A stretch of 64,000 nucleotides of DNA from Octopus sinensis (Eukaryota). A program made the translations under genes and the position numbers. Shown here piece after piece: positions 1 to 12,073 of the stretch. The DNA lies in assembly GCF_006345805.1 (NCBI RefSeq), contig NC_043006.1, positions 85,436,001 through 85,500,000 on the forward strand, read 5' to 3'. Below the pieces are notes generated by a model. The model made no database searches, had not been told where the DNA came from, and worked only from the letters and a program-made list of their open reading frames with translations. Positions within the stretch are counted from its first letter, which is position 1; each line of letters begins with the position of its first letter.

Positions 1-1261
1 AAAATTGCATAAAAAATATTTGTTGGTATACCTAAAATTCTTTATTGGGCAATATAACTAGAACAGGGTTTTTAAAAAAAATAATTTATTTAAATGGAAT
101 GTGCTAAATTTAGTATTTCTGTTTTTCATACTTATCAGGTTCATGTGGGGGTTCTTGTGTGTCTGTGTGCATTAAGCATCTGACATATTCACAATATCTG
201 TAGGTTCTTTCATGACATGAATTTCAACTTCAATTTAGTGTATTTACTTAACAATTTACTCACTAACACTTGAATAAGCTATGAAAAGGCTGATGAGTTT
301 TAACAAGGTAAAACATGTCAAGAGTTTGCAATCCTTGATGAAACAATAATATCCAACAACTAATCTTTTTTTCTTTTTTTTTGTACACATGATGATGATA
401 ATCTGAATACAATAGATTTTTATTATTTTAACCATTAAACATGCTGTCACCTACATATTTCTGGAATGAGTTATTATTTATGTTATATGCTTTCTCTAAT
501 TCTGTATGTTTGTTTTTTTTTTCCCCATCAACAGTGAAACACGGGTTTGTATTGCAGATGTAATTATGTTACAATAATGTAATAATATTTGTCATTTTGC
601 ATAAGCTGATTATTTCTAGTGTTAAGACAGCGATAAGTGCATTTACTTTTTCATGAATTTTTTCTCCTCTTACTGGACATAATAGTGCCAAGGCTGTCTC
701 CTTAAGTAGATATAAGGCAGAAAATTAATTATGTCAGCAAGGAAAACAGCTATAGATTTGTCATAATATCCTGTCTTAAAATGCAGTTTACACTTTGATA
801 AGATATACTCCCTTTTTGTCCTTTTGTTTCTTCTGCATCCTGGTTCCATAAGCAGATAAGTAACATTCTCTGAGGATTCTAAAATCAATTATGAATACAC
901 TCCTATAGCTTAGCTTAAACCCTTCACTCTTGGTGGGAACAAAGGCCATTGATGACTTTTCTCCATTGTCTCCAACTCTGGGCTGTCTTTCCCTTTCCCA
1001 GATCTTGTTGGTTTCAAATTATCGTCAATGCTTCAGTACCTGACAAGCTTCTTTCAGTTTCCATCTACTTGCAAGGCTTTGGTTCACCCAAAGCTACTGT
1101 GTAAGACACTTGCCAACAGTGCCATGCAGTGGGACTGAACCCAAGATCACATGGTTGGGAGGGTAGTTTCTCAGCATTCAGCCATGTATGTTTGATGAAT
1201 TGATTGATTAGAAAATAAAACAATGTTCTTTGTAAAATTAATTTTTTACAAATAAATAACA

Positions 1262-1288
1262 GTTTTTTCTTTTTTTTTTCTTTTTCAG
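1262..1288 (+). promoter_or_regulatory. 3' splice acceptor of a 5'-UTR intron, 3 nt before the RBM12 ATG
   Basis: Long polypyrimidine tract ending TTTTTCAG (AG 1287-1288), then AAA-ATG. The upstream UTR exon and promoter are not identified. Confidence 0.8.
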
Positions 1289-1291
1289 AAA

Positions 1292-4200
1292 ATGTCTGTA
1301 ATCATTCGATTGCAAGGCCTTCCATGGTCTGCTAGTGCCATGGACATTCGGCAGTATTTCCAAGGATTAAGTATCCCTGATGGAGGTGTACATATTGTCG
1401 GTGGAGAAAGAGGTGACGCTTTTATTGCATTTGGGTCTGATGAAGATGCGCGGCAAGCTATGTTACGCACAAACGGTCAAATCAATGGAAACACTGTACA
1501 GCTATTGCTCAGTAGCAAAACCGAAATGCAGAGTGTGATTGCTTTAGCCAGAGAAGCTGTGCCTACCCAAGCTTTCAGCAAACCTGCTCCTGCTGCACCC
1601 CCATCAACAGGACCACCAACTGGTCCTCCTCCTGGACCCTTAAATGATCATATACGTTCATTAGGACCACAAAATCATACAAATTTTATTCCAGATAGAA
1701 GTGTTCCTCCACCAAGAAACATGGATTATCCCAATAGGAATTTTCCTTCAGTCCCTACAGATATTCGAAGTAATATACCACCACCAACAACAAACACTGT
1801 CCCTGGATTACCACCAATGCCTGGACTGCCTCCTGATCCTAAATTTGGACCAAATCTGATGAATCCAAATAATCGAGATCCATACTTTGTATCACAAGAG
1901 CCAGATAATAACATTAACAGGCCGCCAATGGATTTCCGCCCCCCAGAAGCACCAAATGATTTTGCTGTTAATCGTCGGCCCAATTTTCCACCAAACCAAG
2001 ATCCTAGAATGGAACATGGTGCAAATGATCAAAGGCACTTTGGAACTGCAAATGTAAATGCACCTCCTGGAGGATTTATGAATGTGAGAGATGCACATTT
2101 AAATTTACCCAATTACCCTGTCCCACAACCCAACAGAAATATCCAGATCCCAAATCCTCCATTGCAGCCTCCTGATATAATGCCACTGGGTAAACCTCCT
2201 GGGCCAGAAGTGCTGCCTCCTTATCATACAGAACGTAAAAATGAATTTGAGACCAATCAGAATAATATGAGGCCTAATATTCCAGTTCATCATATGCCTC
2301 CTGCAAATATTAACAGACCAGACCAAAACAGACCTGAGTTTCAACCGCATGGTCCTCCACGACTTGATATAGTCCCACCAGTGGCAAGAGGAGATATGTT
2401 AAATCAGCTTAATCAGCCTCGTACAAATGACTCAACTAACACTAATCCAGATCCGGCTCACCCAATGAACTACATGAGAAACGAACCTTCAAGGCCTGAT
2501 ATGGTGAGACATGATCAAGGACGTTCTGACCTTGTGCACCTTGAAGCCAACATGGGAAGACTAGAACCAAACAGAGGTGATGCAGGGCGTCGAGATCCTC
2601 CAAAACTTGATGTTGGGCGCCATGATTCTGGTAGACCAGATTCAGGAAGAAGTTATGGTGGAAGACATGAATCCAGATTTGACAACCCACATCCTGAAGT
2701 CAACAGAACTGAACATGTCAGGACAGATCAAGAAAGAACAGAATCTCTAAGACTTGAAACTGGAAGAATGGCTGCGAATAGATCTGAAGCTAATCGGCCA
2801 AGTAGCTCTGGGAGATCTGACATCTCTAAAGTTGACCAAAACAGATCAGATTCTAGCAGGAATGAAGGGAGTAAAACTACAGAGTCTAGCCGTCATGAAT
2901 CAAGTAGAAATGACTCAAATCGATCTGATTCTGGTCGCCACGATTCAAAGTCTGACTCTCGCCATGATTCCAGGTCAGAGTCAGGTAGACATGAATTTAA
3001 CAGATATGATTCTGGTCGCCATGATAGTCGACATGACCGTAGCCGCGACGATGGTGGTCGATATGACAGGCATGATCGGGGAAGAGATGATAGCAATCGC
3101 TATGACAGAAGAGAAAATCGGAGAGATTCAAGATATGATAGCCATTATGATGGTGGTAGACATGACAGTAGGTACGATGGTGGGCGTTATGATAACCAGC
3201 ATGATTCTGGAGGTCGCTATGAAACTTCAAGAAACGACTCAAGGCACGATGGTGGTCGGGGCAGTGACAAAGCTCCTTTAAATAGAGGAGTTGGTACTCG
3301 AGATCTCGATCGAGGTGGACGGGATAATCAAACTAAAACTGATTCAGGAGGCTCCAACAGACAGTCTGTAGACACATACAAAAATACTGGTCCAGGAGAA
3401 ATGAATAACAACAGAAAAGGACGTATGGATATGGGTGGAAATATGAACAGAAATAATAGATCCAAAAATGATTATGGAGCTGATGGTAGAAGAGGAGATT
3501 ATAATTATGGCCAAACCCCACCTAGAGATCAAGGATTTCCAGGTTCCATGCCTGGCTTTGATGGGCAAAGATTTCCTGACAGACCTTTAGGTCATCCTGA
3601 TTGTCCTCCCTTTGGTGAACCAAATATGGGTGATGATCCTAATATGTTTCAAGGTAAAGATAAAATGTATGAAGATCCTGACATGAGTGGATTACCTAGA
3701 GGTCTTTTAGGTGATGCTCCTCCTGGGTTTTTGCCTGGCCAACCTGGCCCACCACACGACAGTCAAGTCAACTGGGGTGATGATGGCTATGCCATGAGAG
3801 ATGATCGGATTCCCGGAGAAAGACTTGATGATTTCCGTAATGAATGGCATGAGGAAGAAATGAATATGGGCCCACACTACTCTCAACCTGGTTCTTGGAA
3901 TGATATGCCTCCAAACCAGCCTCCATACCACAGAAATGATGGCCCACCACCTTTCCCAAGAAACGAGCCCTATGGAAGGTATGGCAGCCCAAACAGAAAC
4001 GAGAGAGGAGGTCCACCTGGTCGAATGCCAGGATCACTTATGGACGATAGAAAATATGGACCTCCTAATGAAATGAACTTTGGTTCTGGTGATTCTGGAA
4101 ATAGACGGCCTGGTAATATGGATGATAATTCTATGCGTGGTATAAAACGTGGGCACTGTGAACCTGATTTGTTTGTTGAAGTAGTTGGCCTACCTTATAG

Positions 4201-5677
4201 TGTTGGCTACCGTGATGTTCGAAGATTCTTCTCTGGATGTACCATCCCTCGAGATGGTTTGAAACTTATCAATAATGAAAAGGGGCGGAGAGCTGGCAAT
4301 GCATTTATCAAATTTGCTTCTGAGCAAGACACAGCAGAAGCATTCTCACGTCATGGAAATTTCATGGCAAACCGATATATAGAAATATACCGGTGCTCAA
4401 TGGAGGATTTTGAAAATGCCATTGATTCCTTTGTACCGAAAGCAACTCATGGGCCAACCCAAGCTAAAATGATGAAAAGTGATAATCTAAATGAAAACCC
4501 TTCAAGGGATATGTCTAGTACAAAACCAAATACAAACAATGATATTCCTCCTCTGGTTAAATCTAACAAAGAAACAAGTGCAAACGCTGCTGATAACACA
4601 TCGTCTTCATCATCATCATCTCCTTTCCCAATTATTCAAATCAAAGGTATTCCTCTTAATGCAACAAGTGATGATATAGTAAAATTCTTAAAAGATGTTC
4701 ATATTTCCAACCCAAGCACATGTATTGTAATCGAACATGATTCCCGTGGTAAGAACACTGGTATTGCATTTGTTGAAGTAATGTCTCAGAAAGACTATGA
4801 AGCCTCCCTCACATACGATGGACGTCACATGGGGGGAAGACTTATTCGTATTGTTGAAGGGAACAAGAAAGATATGTCACTTTTACTAGAGAAAGAGAAA
4901 AAAGGGTCATCAGAAAAATCTTCCCCTAACAAAAATCAGAAAGATGTTTCAAAAGCTGTTGGGAAAACAGATTCCAAAACTGGCAGTGGTGATAAAATGG
5001 AAAACATAGCTTCTAAAATATCTGAAGCTAAAGCTCAAGATAAAAAGTCATTATCCAGCAGTAATGGGAAAAAAAATGAAACTCTCACATCACACCCAGT
5101 CCCTTATTATTGTGTCAGTCTAAAAGGACTTCCTTTTGCAGTAACTACTAACGAAATTAAAGAATTTTGTCAGGGTTTAAATATTGCACCTCGGGGTATC
5201 CAAATTGTTTATGGAAAAGATGGCCGTACAACTGGGCAGGCTTTTGTGGAATTTGTAACAAGTACAGACTGTGAAAAAGCTGTTGCTCGTGACAAGAAGT
5301 ATGTAGGAAAGCGTTATGTTAACGTTACTGCAGTTACAAAAGCTGAAATGATGGACTGTTTGAAGCAAGCCAGGCAGGCTAATATGCAAAACAACACAGA
5401 AACTTCTAATCCTCCTTTTATGGTTCATGGTGGTAAACAGTATGAGTATGTTAAGGGGGAAAATTTTCCTCCTTCAGTGTCTATTGGAGAAATTCTGAAC
5501 TTCTTTAGGGGTTATTACCCAGTGCCTGAGTCAATTCGTCTCCACTATGCTGATGATGGCAGACCTACTGGTAATGCTATGATAGGATTTCTTACGAGAG
5601 ATGAGGCTTTAAAAGCTATGGAGGACTTAAATCATAAGCTGTGTAGAAAAAATGTTGTCACATTGCGTAAGGCATGA
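1292..5677 (+). CDS. RBM12: RNA-binding motif protein 12 family (RBM12/RBM12B-like), single coding exon, 1461 aa, five RRMs
   Basis: Uninterrupted ORF. N-terminus MSVIIRLQGLP...DIRQYFQGLSIPDGGVHIVGGERGDAFIAF..DEDARQAM...LLLSSKTEMQ matches the recalled RBM12 first RRM. Four more hnRNP F/H-like RRMs (GLP...G.AF..F) at about 4165-4400, 4630-4860, 5110-5340 and 5440-5670. Confidence 0.92.
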   Translation: MSVIIRLQGLPWSASAMDIRQYFQGLSIPDGGVHIVGGERGDAFIAFGSDEDARQAMLRTNGQINGNTVQLLLSSKTEMQSVIALAREAVPTQAFSKPAPAAPPSTGPPTGPPPGPLNDHIRSLGPQNHTNFIPDRSVPPPRNMDYPNRNFPSVPTDIRSNIPPPTTNTVPGLPPMPGLPPDPKFGPNLMNPNNRDPYFVSQEPDNNINRPPMDFRPPEAPNDFAVNRRPNFPPNQDPRMEHGANDQRHFGTANVNAPPGGFMNVRDAHLNLPNYPVPQPNRNIQIPNPPLQPPDIMPLGKPPGPEVLPPYHTERKNEFETNQNNMRPNIPVHHMPPANINRPDQNRPEFQPHGPPRLDIVPPVARGDMLNQLNQPRTNDSTNTNPDPAHPMNYMRNEPSRPDMVRHDQGRSDLVHLEANMGRLEPNRGDAGRRDPPKLDVGRHDSGRPDSGRSYGGRHESRFDNPHPEVNRTEHVRTDQERTESLRLETGRMAANRSEANRPSSSGRSDISKVDQNRSDSSRNEGSKTTESSRHESSRNDSNRSDSGRHDSKSDSRHDSRSESGRHEFNRYDSGRHDSRHDRSRDDGGRYDRHDRGRDDSNRYDRRENRRDSRYDSHYDGGRHDSRYDGGRYDNQHDSGGRYETSRNDSRHDGGRGSDKAPLNRGVGTRDLDRGGRDNQTKTDSGGSNRQSVDTYKNTGPGEMNNNRKGRMDMGGNMNRNNRSKNDYGADGRRGDYNYGQTPPRDQGFPGSMPGFDGQRFPDRPLGHPDCPPFGEPNMGDDPNMFQGKDKMYEDPDMSGLPRGLLGDAPPGFLPGQPGPPHDSQVNWGDDGYAMRDDRIPGERLDDFRNEWHEEEMNMGPHYSQPGSWNDMPPNQPPYHRNDGPPPFPRNEPYGRYGSPNRNERGGPPGRMPGSLMDDRKYGPPNEMNFGSGDSGNRRPGNMDDNSMRGIKRGHCEPDLFVEVVGLPYSVGYRDVRRFFSGCTIPRDGLKLINNEKGRRAGNAFIKFASEQDTAEAFSRHGNFMANRYIEIYRCSMEDFENAIDSFVPKATHGPTQAKMMKSDNLNENPSRDMSSTKPNTNNDIPPLVKSNKETSANAADNTSSSSSSSPFPIIQIKGIPLNATSDDIVKFLKDVHISNPSTCIVIEHDSRGKNTGIAFVEVMSQKDYEASLTYDGRHMGGRLIRIVEGNKKDMSLLLEKEKKGSSEKSSPNKNQKDVSKAVGKTDSKTGSGDKMENIASKISEAKAQDKKSLSSSNGKKNETLTSHPVPYYCVSLKGLPFAVTTNEIKEFCQGLNIAPRGIQIVYGKDGRTTGQAFVEFVTSTDCEKAVARDKKYVGKRYVNVTAVTKAEMMDCLKQARQANMQNNTETSNPPFMVHGGKQYEYVKGENFPPSVSIGEILNFFRGYYPVPESIRLHYADDGRPTGNAMIGFLTRDEALKAMEDLNHKLCRKNVVTLRKA

Positions 5678-6683
5678 AAAAAGAAAAAAAGATAAATTGT
5701 GTAGACTGTTTTTCTTGACTCAATCAAGGACTGAGTACTCAGTTTTCATGCTTTATATCTATCTTGTTTATGACTCAATATTGTTAGCTATGAATTTCTC
5801 AGAACAGAACATTCAGTGCATAAGGAAACACTTCTGTTTTTTTATACCATTTTCCTTTCTAGTTAGGTTTATCCAAAATCTAAACCATTACCTGAAACAA
5901 AAGTAAAACTACTTCGAAATTTCTTATATGTTGCCCTTTGGTGGTTCATAGGAAATGATGTGATCCACCTTTGCATTATGTATGAAACAGTTAAGCAGTT
6001 GCAATTTGGCCTTTTTTTAATTATTTTCCTACCTATTGTTATCTGAGATGATTTTCAATTCTCTCAAAATTCCTAGAATCCTTCATACAATCACAAAAAT
6101 TTTAGACAAGAAAAATTATTGAATGAAGGGAATCAAGAGAAATTTTGAACTGTATGAGAGCAGCTGTTATTTACCTTTTTTTTTTAATAATGATAATTCC
6201 TGTTCTGGTAACAGTCTCCTTCGTCTGACTTGGCTGTAGTTGATGATGCTACCAAAATCTAAATACAGATTTATTATCGATTCTTACCTTACATTAATTA
6301 CATTAAATATCACTCAGACAAAATGTGTATAACATGTCTGCTAGGGCACTGGTTTTATTCATATAGCTGCTTTTTTTAATTATTTATTTTTATAATGTCA
6401 AAAGTTTGGTCACCTTTTTTCCTCAACATTTGTAAATAAGATGTCTATACTGTTGAAAATAGTATAATTAACATCCTGATCATCAGTATCATTACCATTG
6501 TCAGTCATCCTTGTCATCACCACCATCATCATCATCTTCATGTTTATCATTTTTCTTGATCACTTACATTATACCAGCTTTAAACATTCACAAGTCACTG
6601 ACTGAGCTAACATAATATTGAGTCATATCAGGATAGAAATTAAATTTGGAGAAGAGACAAAGACAGTTTATGGCATGTTTTTG

Positions 6684-6725
<42 letters not shown>

Positions 6726-7212
6726 GAACATATATCAACAATTCAACATCACCATAAAGACTCTCCTTTCCTCTCATCTTGAAAATAACCATCACCAAAA
6801 ATGAATCTATCAATAATCATTCAATCAAAATAGCATTTTGTGGAGGCGAAAAATCCCAAACCCAGCTTGAAACTGGTGAAGCTGAGGTGATAAATAAAAA
6901 AACAGTGAGCGTATGGATTGGTATTTATGAACTTTGTAACATAACATGTGGTAGTATTTTGAAAAGGACTTGACAGAACAGAAGAGAAAAAATATAATAA
7001 TGAAGAAAAAAATGTTGGTTGTTTTTTTTTTTTAAGATCTTTGTACCTACCATTGTTAAATATGCAACTTTTTTTTTTTTTTGTAGTATTTGTATTTGTC
7101 TGAATTTATTTTCAGACCCTTCAGTTTTAAAAGGTATTGTACAGTTTTCCTTTTTTAGATGTCCTATCGGTGTTATGTTTGGTGGCATACACAGACTTAA
7201 AAAAACAACAAC

Positions 7213-7218
7213 AATAAA
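7213..7218 (+). terminator. Candidate polyadenylation signal of the RBM12-like mRNA
   Basis: AATAAA at the end of an AT-rich, largely transposon-free stretch after the stop. Other AATAAA hexamers (about 6893, 7682) are alternatives. Confidence 0.35.
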
Positions 7219-10200
7219 TGTAACTGCAATGAAAATGAGAAAACAAAAAACAAATTGCTGGTGTAAATAATTGCATATTTATCCATTATAAATTTTGGTA
7301 CTACAAAAAAAAAAAGAAGCAAACCATTCTGTTGTTCTTTTTTTGTCATTGACCATTTGTTTATGAAATTAATGTATAAAAAAACTTAATTTACAGTTAA
7401 TTCAGTGCTTATTTAGTCAAGTTCTTCCTCTTTTATTATTTTTATTTATTATTTTTTGTAGTAACCTACTTTTCTGTCAGGTGAGAAAAGTAGCAAAAAC
7501 ACCTTTTTTTTCATTGAGAGTACAGCACATCACCAGTAATGGGATGTAAACATAAAAGTCTTCAGCCATTCTCCATAATAAGTTAACACAAATCATATCA
7601 TAGCTGTTGTAGTATGTGTGGTAATTGTTCAATTGAAATTTATTTAGAAAATTACCCTAGTATAACTACTTCATACTATAAAATAAAATGATGCCCTTCT
7701 GCCAGTTTTAAGGAGAGAAATAGTTCAATTATGGAAGGAAATGAAGAGCATATCTGAAAAGAAAAAAGCTGCTATGTGAACCAATCAGTTCTGTGCAAGG
7801 AGCAGTTAGATGGCATTCATCATAACAAGGTTACCTGTGTTCTTTCACTAGAATTGGTGGCAGAAAAATCTTGTTTCTTAAGGGAAGAATGTGAAGTTAA
7901 AAAAAATAATAACATTTCAAATATTCAGTCTGAATCCTAATTTTGTTTCTTTTAATTTATAACTATTAAGCTGCAACATTTTGAGAAATGTACAGAGGAT
8001 AATGAAGGAGGTTATTATTATGTAATAAAAGCAGTTTTTGGTGTAATGTTCTGCCAAAAATAGTTGTTGATACCATATCCTGTTGGTGGGTAGACTTGCA
8101 AGTGTCTTCTATGATAGCCCAAGGTCGATCAAAGCCTATCATATATATGTATACACGTGTGTATCATGTAATCTTGACGTGCGATTGTTGTAAAACAAGT
8201 GTCATCATACAAGCAATGTCTTTGTTTCCAGTCTTATATGAAAACATGTCTAGCCATGGGTTAATAAATACCTTGGTTGGAAACAGGTAAGAATTGGCAA
8301 CAGGAAGGTCATTTAGCTGTAGAAAAGCTCTATAAATTTTGTCTGACCCATGCAAGTGTGGGAAAGTGAGTGTTAAAACAATGATGCTGAACCATGAAAT
8401 GTTTGGCAAAGTAGAGTAAATTATCTTGTCAAGCACAGTATAATACTTGTAAACCACAAGCTTGGTAAATAAATAATGATTTTATTTTCTCTCAATGACA
8501 CCATTTAATTAATTTATAAGCGGGTGGGTATAGTTGATTAAATTGACTTCAATGTTTTTTGATACTTATTTTATCAACTCTAATCGGATTTGATCTCAGA
8601 ATATACAAGAATGGGACTAATTAAATACTGCATTATATAGTCTGGTACTCAACTGCCATGACATATATAAATATTACTTAATTTTTGTATCTCATTAATT
8701 CAAAGTGACATTAGTAAAGACAAGGCTGTACTCTTTACATCTTGATTGTTATTAGTAATTATAAGATATAATTCGTTCTTTTCCATCATGGTAAAATAAT
8801 ATTTATATATACACAGGATCATTTGGGCATTGGTTGTCTGATGGTCTTCATCCAGACAGTTTTTTTTGTCTTGCAAGTTTTTGTTTGATAAAGTGGAAAC
8901 TTTATAGCTTTTAATTTCATACAAGCAATTTGTCTTAGTCCCCATTGGTGTGCAGACTCCTTTGTAAAAGCGACACTGGATTGAGAAGTTAGTTATGATT
9001 TTCAAATGAACGAAAACAACAGCCTTCTGACGGAATAGAGTCTGCATGCACGGAAATCTATTGGATTTGTTATGTGAAAGAAAATATGATAGATTCTGGT
9101 AAAATATGTTACTAAAATAGGATATGGTATTTTACTTGAAGTGATTCTATCCAAATAACCATAGATGTGGTTATGGGTTAAGAAGCTCATTTTAGAACCA
9201 AGTATTTCTGCATTCAATCCCACTGCCAGCCACTTTAGACAGATGTCTTATATAATTTTCGGTTGACCGATGTTTTATGAGTGAAATTTGGTAGTTGGAA
9301 ACTGCAAAATTTTGTTTGTTTATTTCTCCATGCTAGCATGGGTTAGATGAATACATTATTGAGGTATTGTTGTTACAACTAGATATTCTTCCTTTCACTA
9401 ACACTTTCTTTGAAAGTGCAAAGCTACCAGAAAATTTATTGACAAGGAAATGTCAACAAAAATCTTCCATGGCTCGAAACTTTTGTTCAGTGTGCAAGAT
9501 ATAAGCATTCACACTGACATACACCAACATGAACATGCACACTCAGACAATGTGTATTTGTGTCCCTTTGTCTTGGCTACATGAGATATTCATAAATAAG
9601 CATCACCTTCATACAAACTGCATTACTCATTACCAATCTGATGATATATCTGGTCGTCTGGAAATACTACCTTAATTTGTTTATTGTGATCAAATATTTG
9701 TGCTGTACACTGGCTCACTCTATCAAATCGACATTGCTTGAACAGGTGTCAAAGTGATTGCAGAGCAATGTAAGATGAAATGTTTTGCTCAAGAACACAA
9801 CACACTACTCTGTCCAGGAATTGAAACCACGATCTCAAGGTTGTGAGTGCAACAATCTAACCACTAAGCATTGTCAAGAGCAAGGGAGATAACTCAGAGA
9901 ATTCAATTGATTTTCAAAATGGGTGTATGTGGTGCGATGAGATATATTTGTGCCTGATATTTGAAAGCCTTCCAAGATCGGTGAGGTTGATTCCATTAAT
10001 GTTCTATAGAAATTTGTATGTCAACACCTGCAGGAAAGACATGGATGGAGAAGAGAAGAGTATTCAGAACTAATCCTTATATCCAGAAAGGACTATATAA
10101 GAGCTAGTTTAGGGTAGAGGATGGTCAGACGTAGTAAAAATGACATGAGATGATTTGTGCATTGAGGGTACCTGAGTGGTTGGGATGCAAAACCAGCCAG

Positions 10201-11123
10201 ATCCAAGAAACAAACCTTTATAGTAACGAGAGAGGAGACTGTATTGGCAGGCCAGATGCTGAAGTTAGTGACTGAGCACCAATGAGACAAATTACCCTTC
10301 TGGATGTGGGCAAGGATGTCTGTATGCATTGCAGCAGTGCCATTATAGATGGGGAGTAGTGGGCCCTCACGTGAGCTTTGCTGAGTGTTAGGAGCTGAAA
10401 TATTTTCTGGCCCTAGAGAGGAAGGCCAGTGTTCAGAATGCACTCCTATATATGCTAAGGATGTGCTTTTACCAGGAGAGATCTTCAGTAACAGAGAAGC
10501 CCACATTTGGAGTGACTGTAAGGGATCTAACGCTAATGATATTTCTCTTCATTACAGGAGTAATTTTAATTGGAAATCTGGAAGGACATGTCTGACTAAA
10601 TTTGACTCACTGTGTAATACCGATTTTACTTGAGGATTACGTTAAGGGTACACATCTTTGGTATACTCACCCACTTACTAAGTCAATGAACAGTAAGTTC
10701 AAATGGTCAACATTGTTGAAACCAGTAAAGATCCATTTATGCGCATGTGTGTTTGTATACGAGGGCAGAAAATAAACAGGAGATTCGGTTAAAACTTTTT
10801 TTGTATTAATTACATAATCTTTACACGTTTCACTAGCATATACTAATATGCCATCCGGTAATCAATTGCATAATTGCCTGGGAATACCAGATCATCAGAA
10901 GAAAATTAACCCAATGTTGGTTATCAGAGTTAGTTTATAGGCAGACTCAAAATGAGAACTGTGTGTAAATGTAGATTCTTCTATACATAGTCATTTAACT
11001 CTTTGTTAGTCACCTGACCTTTCTGAACATGGATAGTCACATGGATTGTTTACACACCCCAGTACAAAAATGTTTACTGTTTTAGTATTATGTAAAATAT
11101 ACTCATTCTGTTGGTTCAGGATA

Positions 11124-11405
11124 TTGCAATCACTGCTGAAAAGTTTGAAGCCCTTGTAGCTGATTGATCATCATCATCATCATCATTTAATGTCTACTTT
11201 CCATGCTAGCATGGGTTGGATGATTTGACTGAGGTCTGGCGAACCAGATGGCTGCACCAGTCTCCAATCTGATCCAGCCATCTGGTTCACCAGACCTCAG
11301 TCAAATCGTCCAACCCATGCTAGCATGGGAAGCAGACGCTAAACGATGATTATGATGATGATCAATCAGCTACAAAGGCTTCAAACTTATCAGCAGTGAT
11401 TGCAA
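11124..11405. repeat. Fold-back inverted duplication, 131-bp arms, 20-nt spacer
   Basis: 11124-11254 is the reverse complement of 11275-11405 with about 10 mismatches by manual count. Confidence 0.92.
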
Positions 11406-12073
11406 AACAATACAATGAAATAAATGATAAAATTAAAGGAAAAACTAAAAAAAAATCTTGGATTCAGATCACATTTATTTTGAAAATACCCACAAAATAC
11501 CCTCATTCATCACTCTACGAAATTCTTCAGAAAAATGCTGAGTGGCTTTGCTATCTGCTGATGCAGTTTCACAACTTTGCTCGCTAAATTATGCCTTCCA
11601 ATAAATTTCTATACCATCCATTGAAAAGTGTATTTGTGCATGTCAGCAGCATCAATACGCTCAGTCAACACCTAGATATTTGCTTTAAATGATTCTGGAT
11701 ACGTCTTTCCTAAAACAGACTGAAAATTTGGTATATATTTTTAATTCTGAGTTACACCTGTTTCATAACAATGACTGAAATATATAAATAATAAGGGTGA
11801 CAAACTGGCAGAATCGTTAGCACGCTGGGCAAAATGCTTAGCAGCATTTCATGTCTTTACGTTCTGAGGTCAACTTGCCTTTCATCCCTTTCAACTGGTA
11901 TTTATTTTATCAACCAATGAAAGGGTCCAGTGCTCAAAGGTCCTGGCAATCTGTTTTTCTCTGATTGCTATCTCGTGTTCCGGTTCATTGATTCCCTTAA
12001 GAATCCACTGGTCTCGGTCAGCCCAATGTTTATTTGCTTTTTCCTGAGATATTACACAGGAAAAATGTAATTG

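Noticed and set aside
290-319. CTGATGA followed by a 6-bp stem (GTTTTA/TAAAAC) and ATGTC, resembling a hammerhead
   Set aside because: No GAAA after the stem and no stem I pairing; at best a dead relic, likely chance.
1726-4679. Antisense and alternate-frame ORFs overlapping RBM12
   Set aside because: Expected shadows of a long low-complexity CDS; no motifs.
8790-9047. Possible Tc1-type helix-turn-helix transposase fragment on the minus strand
   Set aside because: Too degenerate to support without a profile search.
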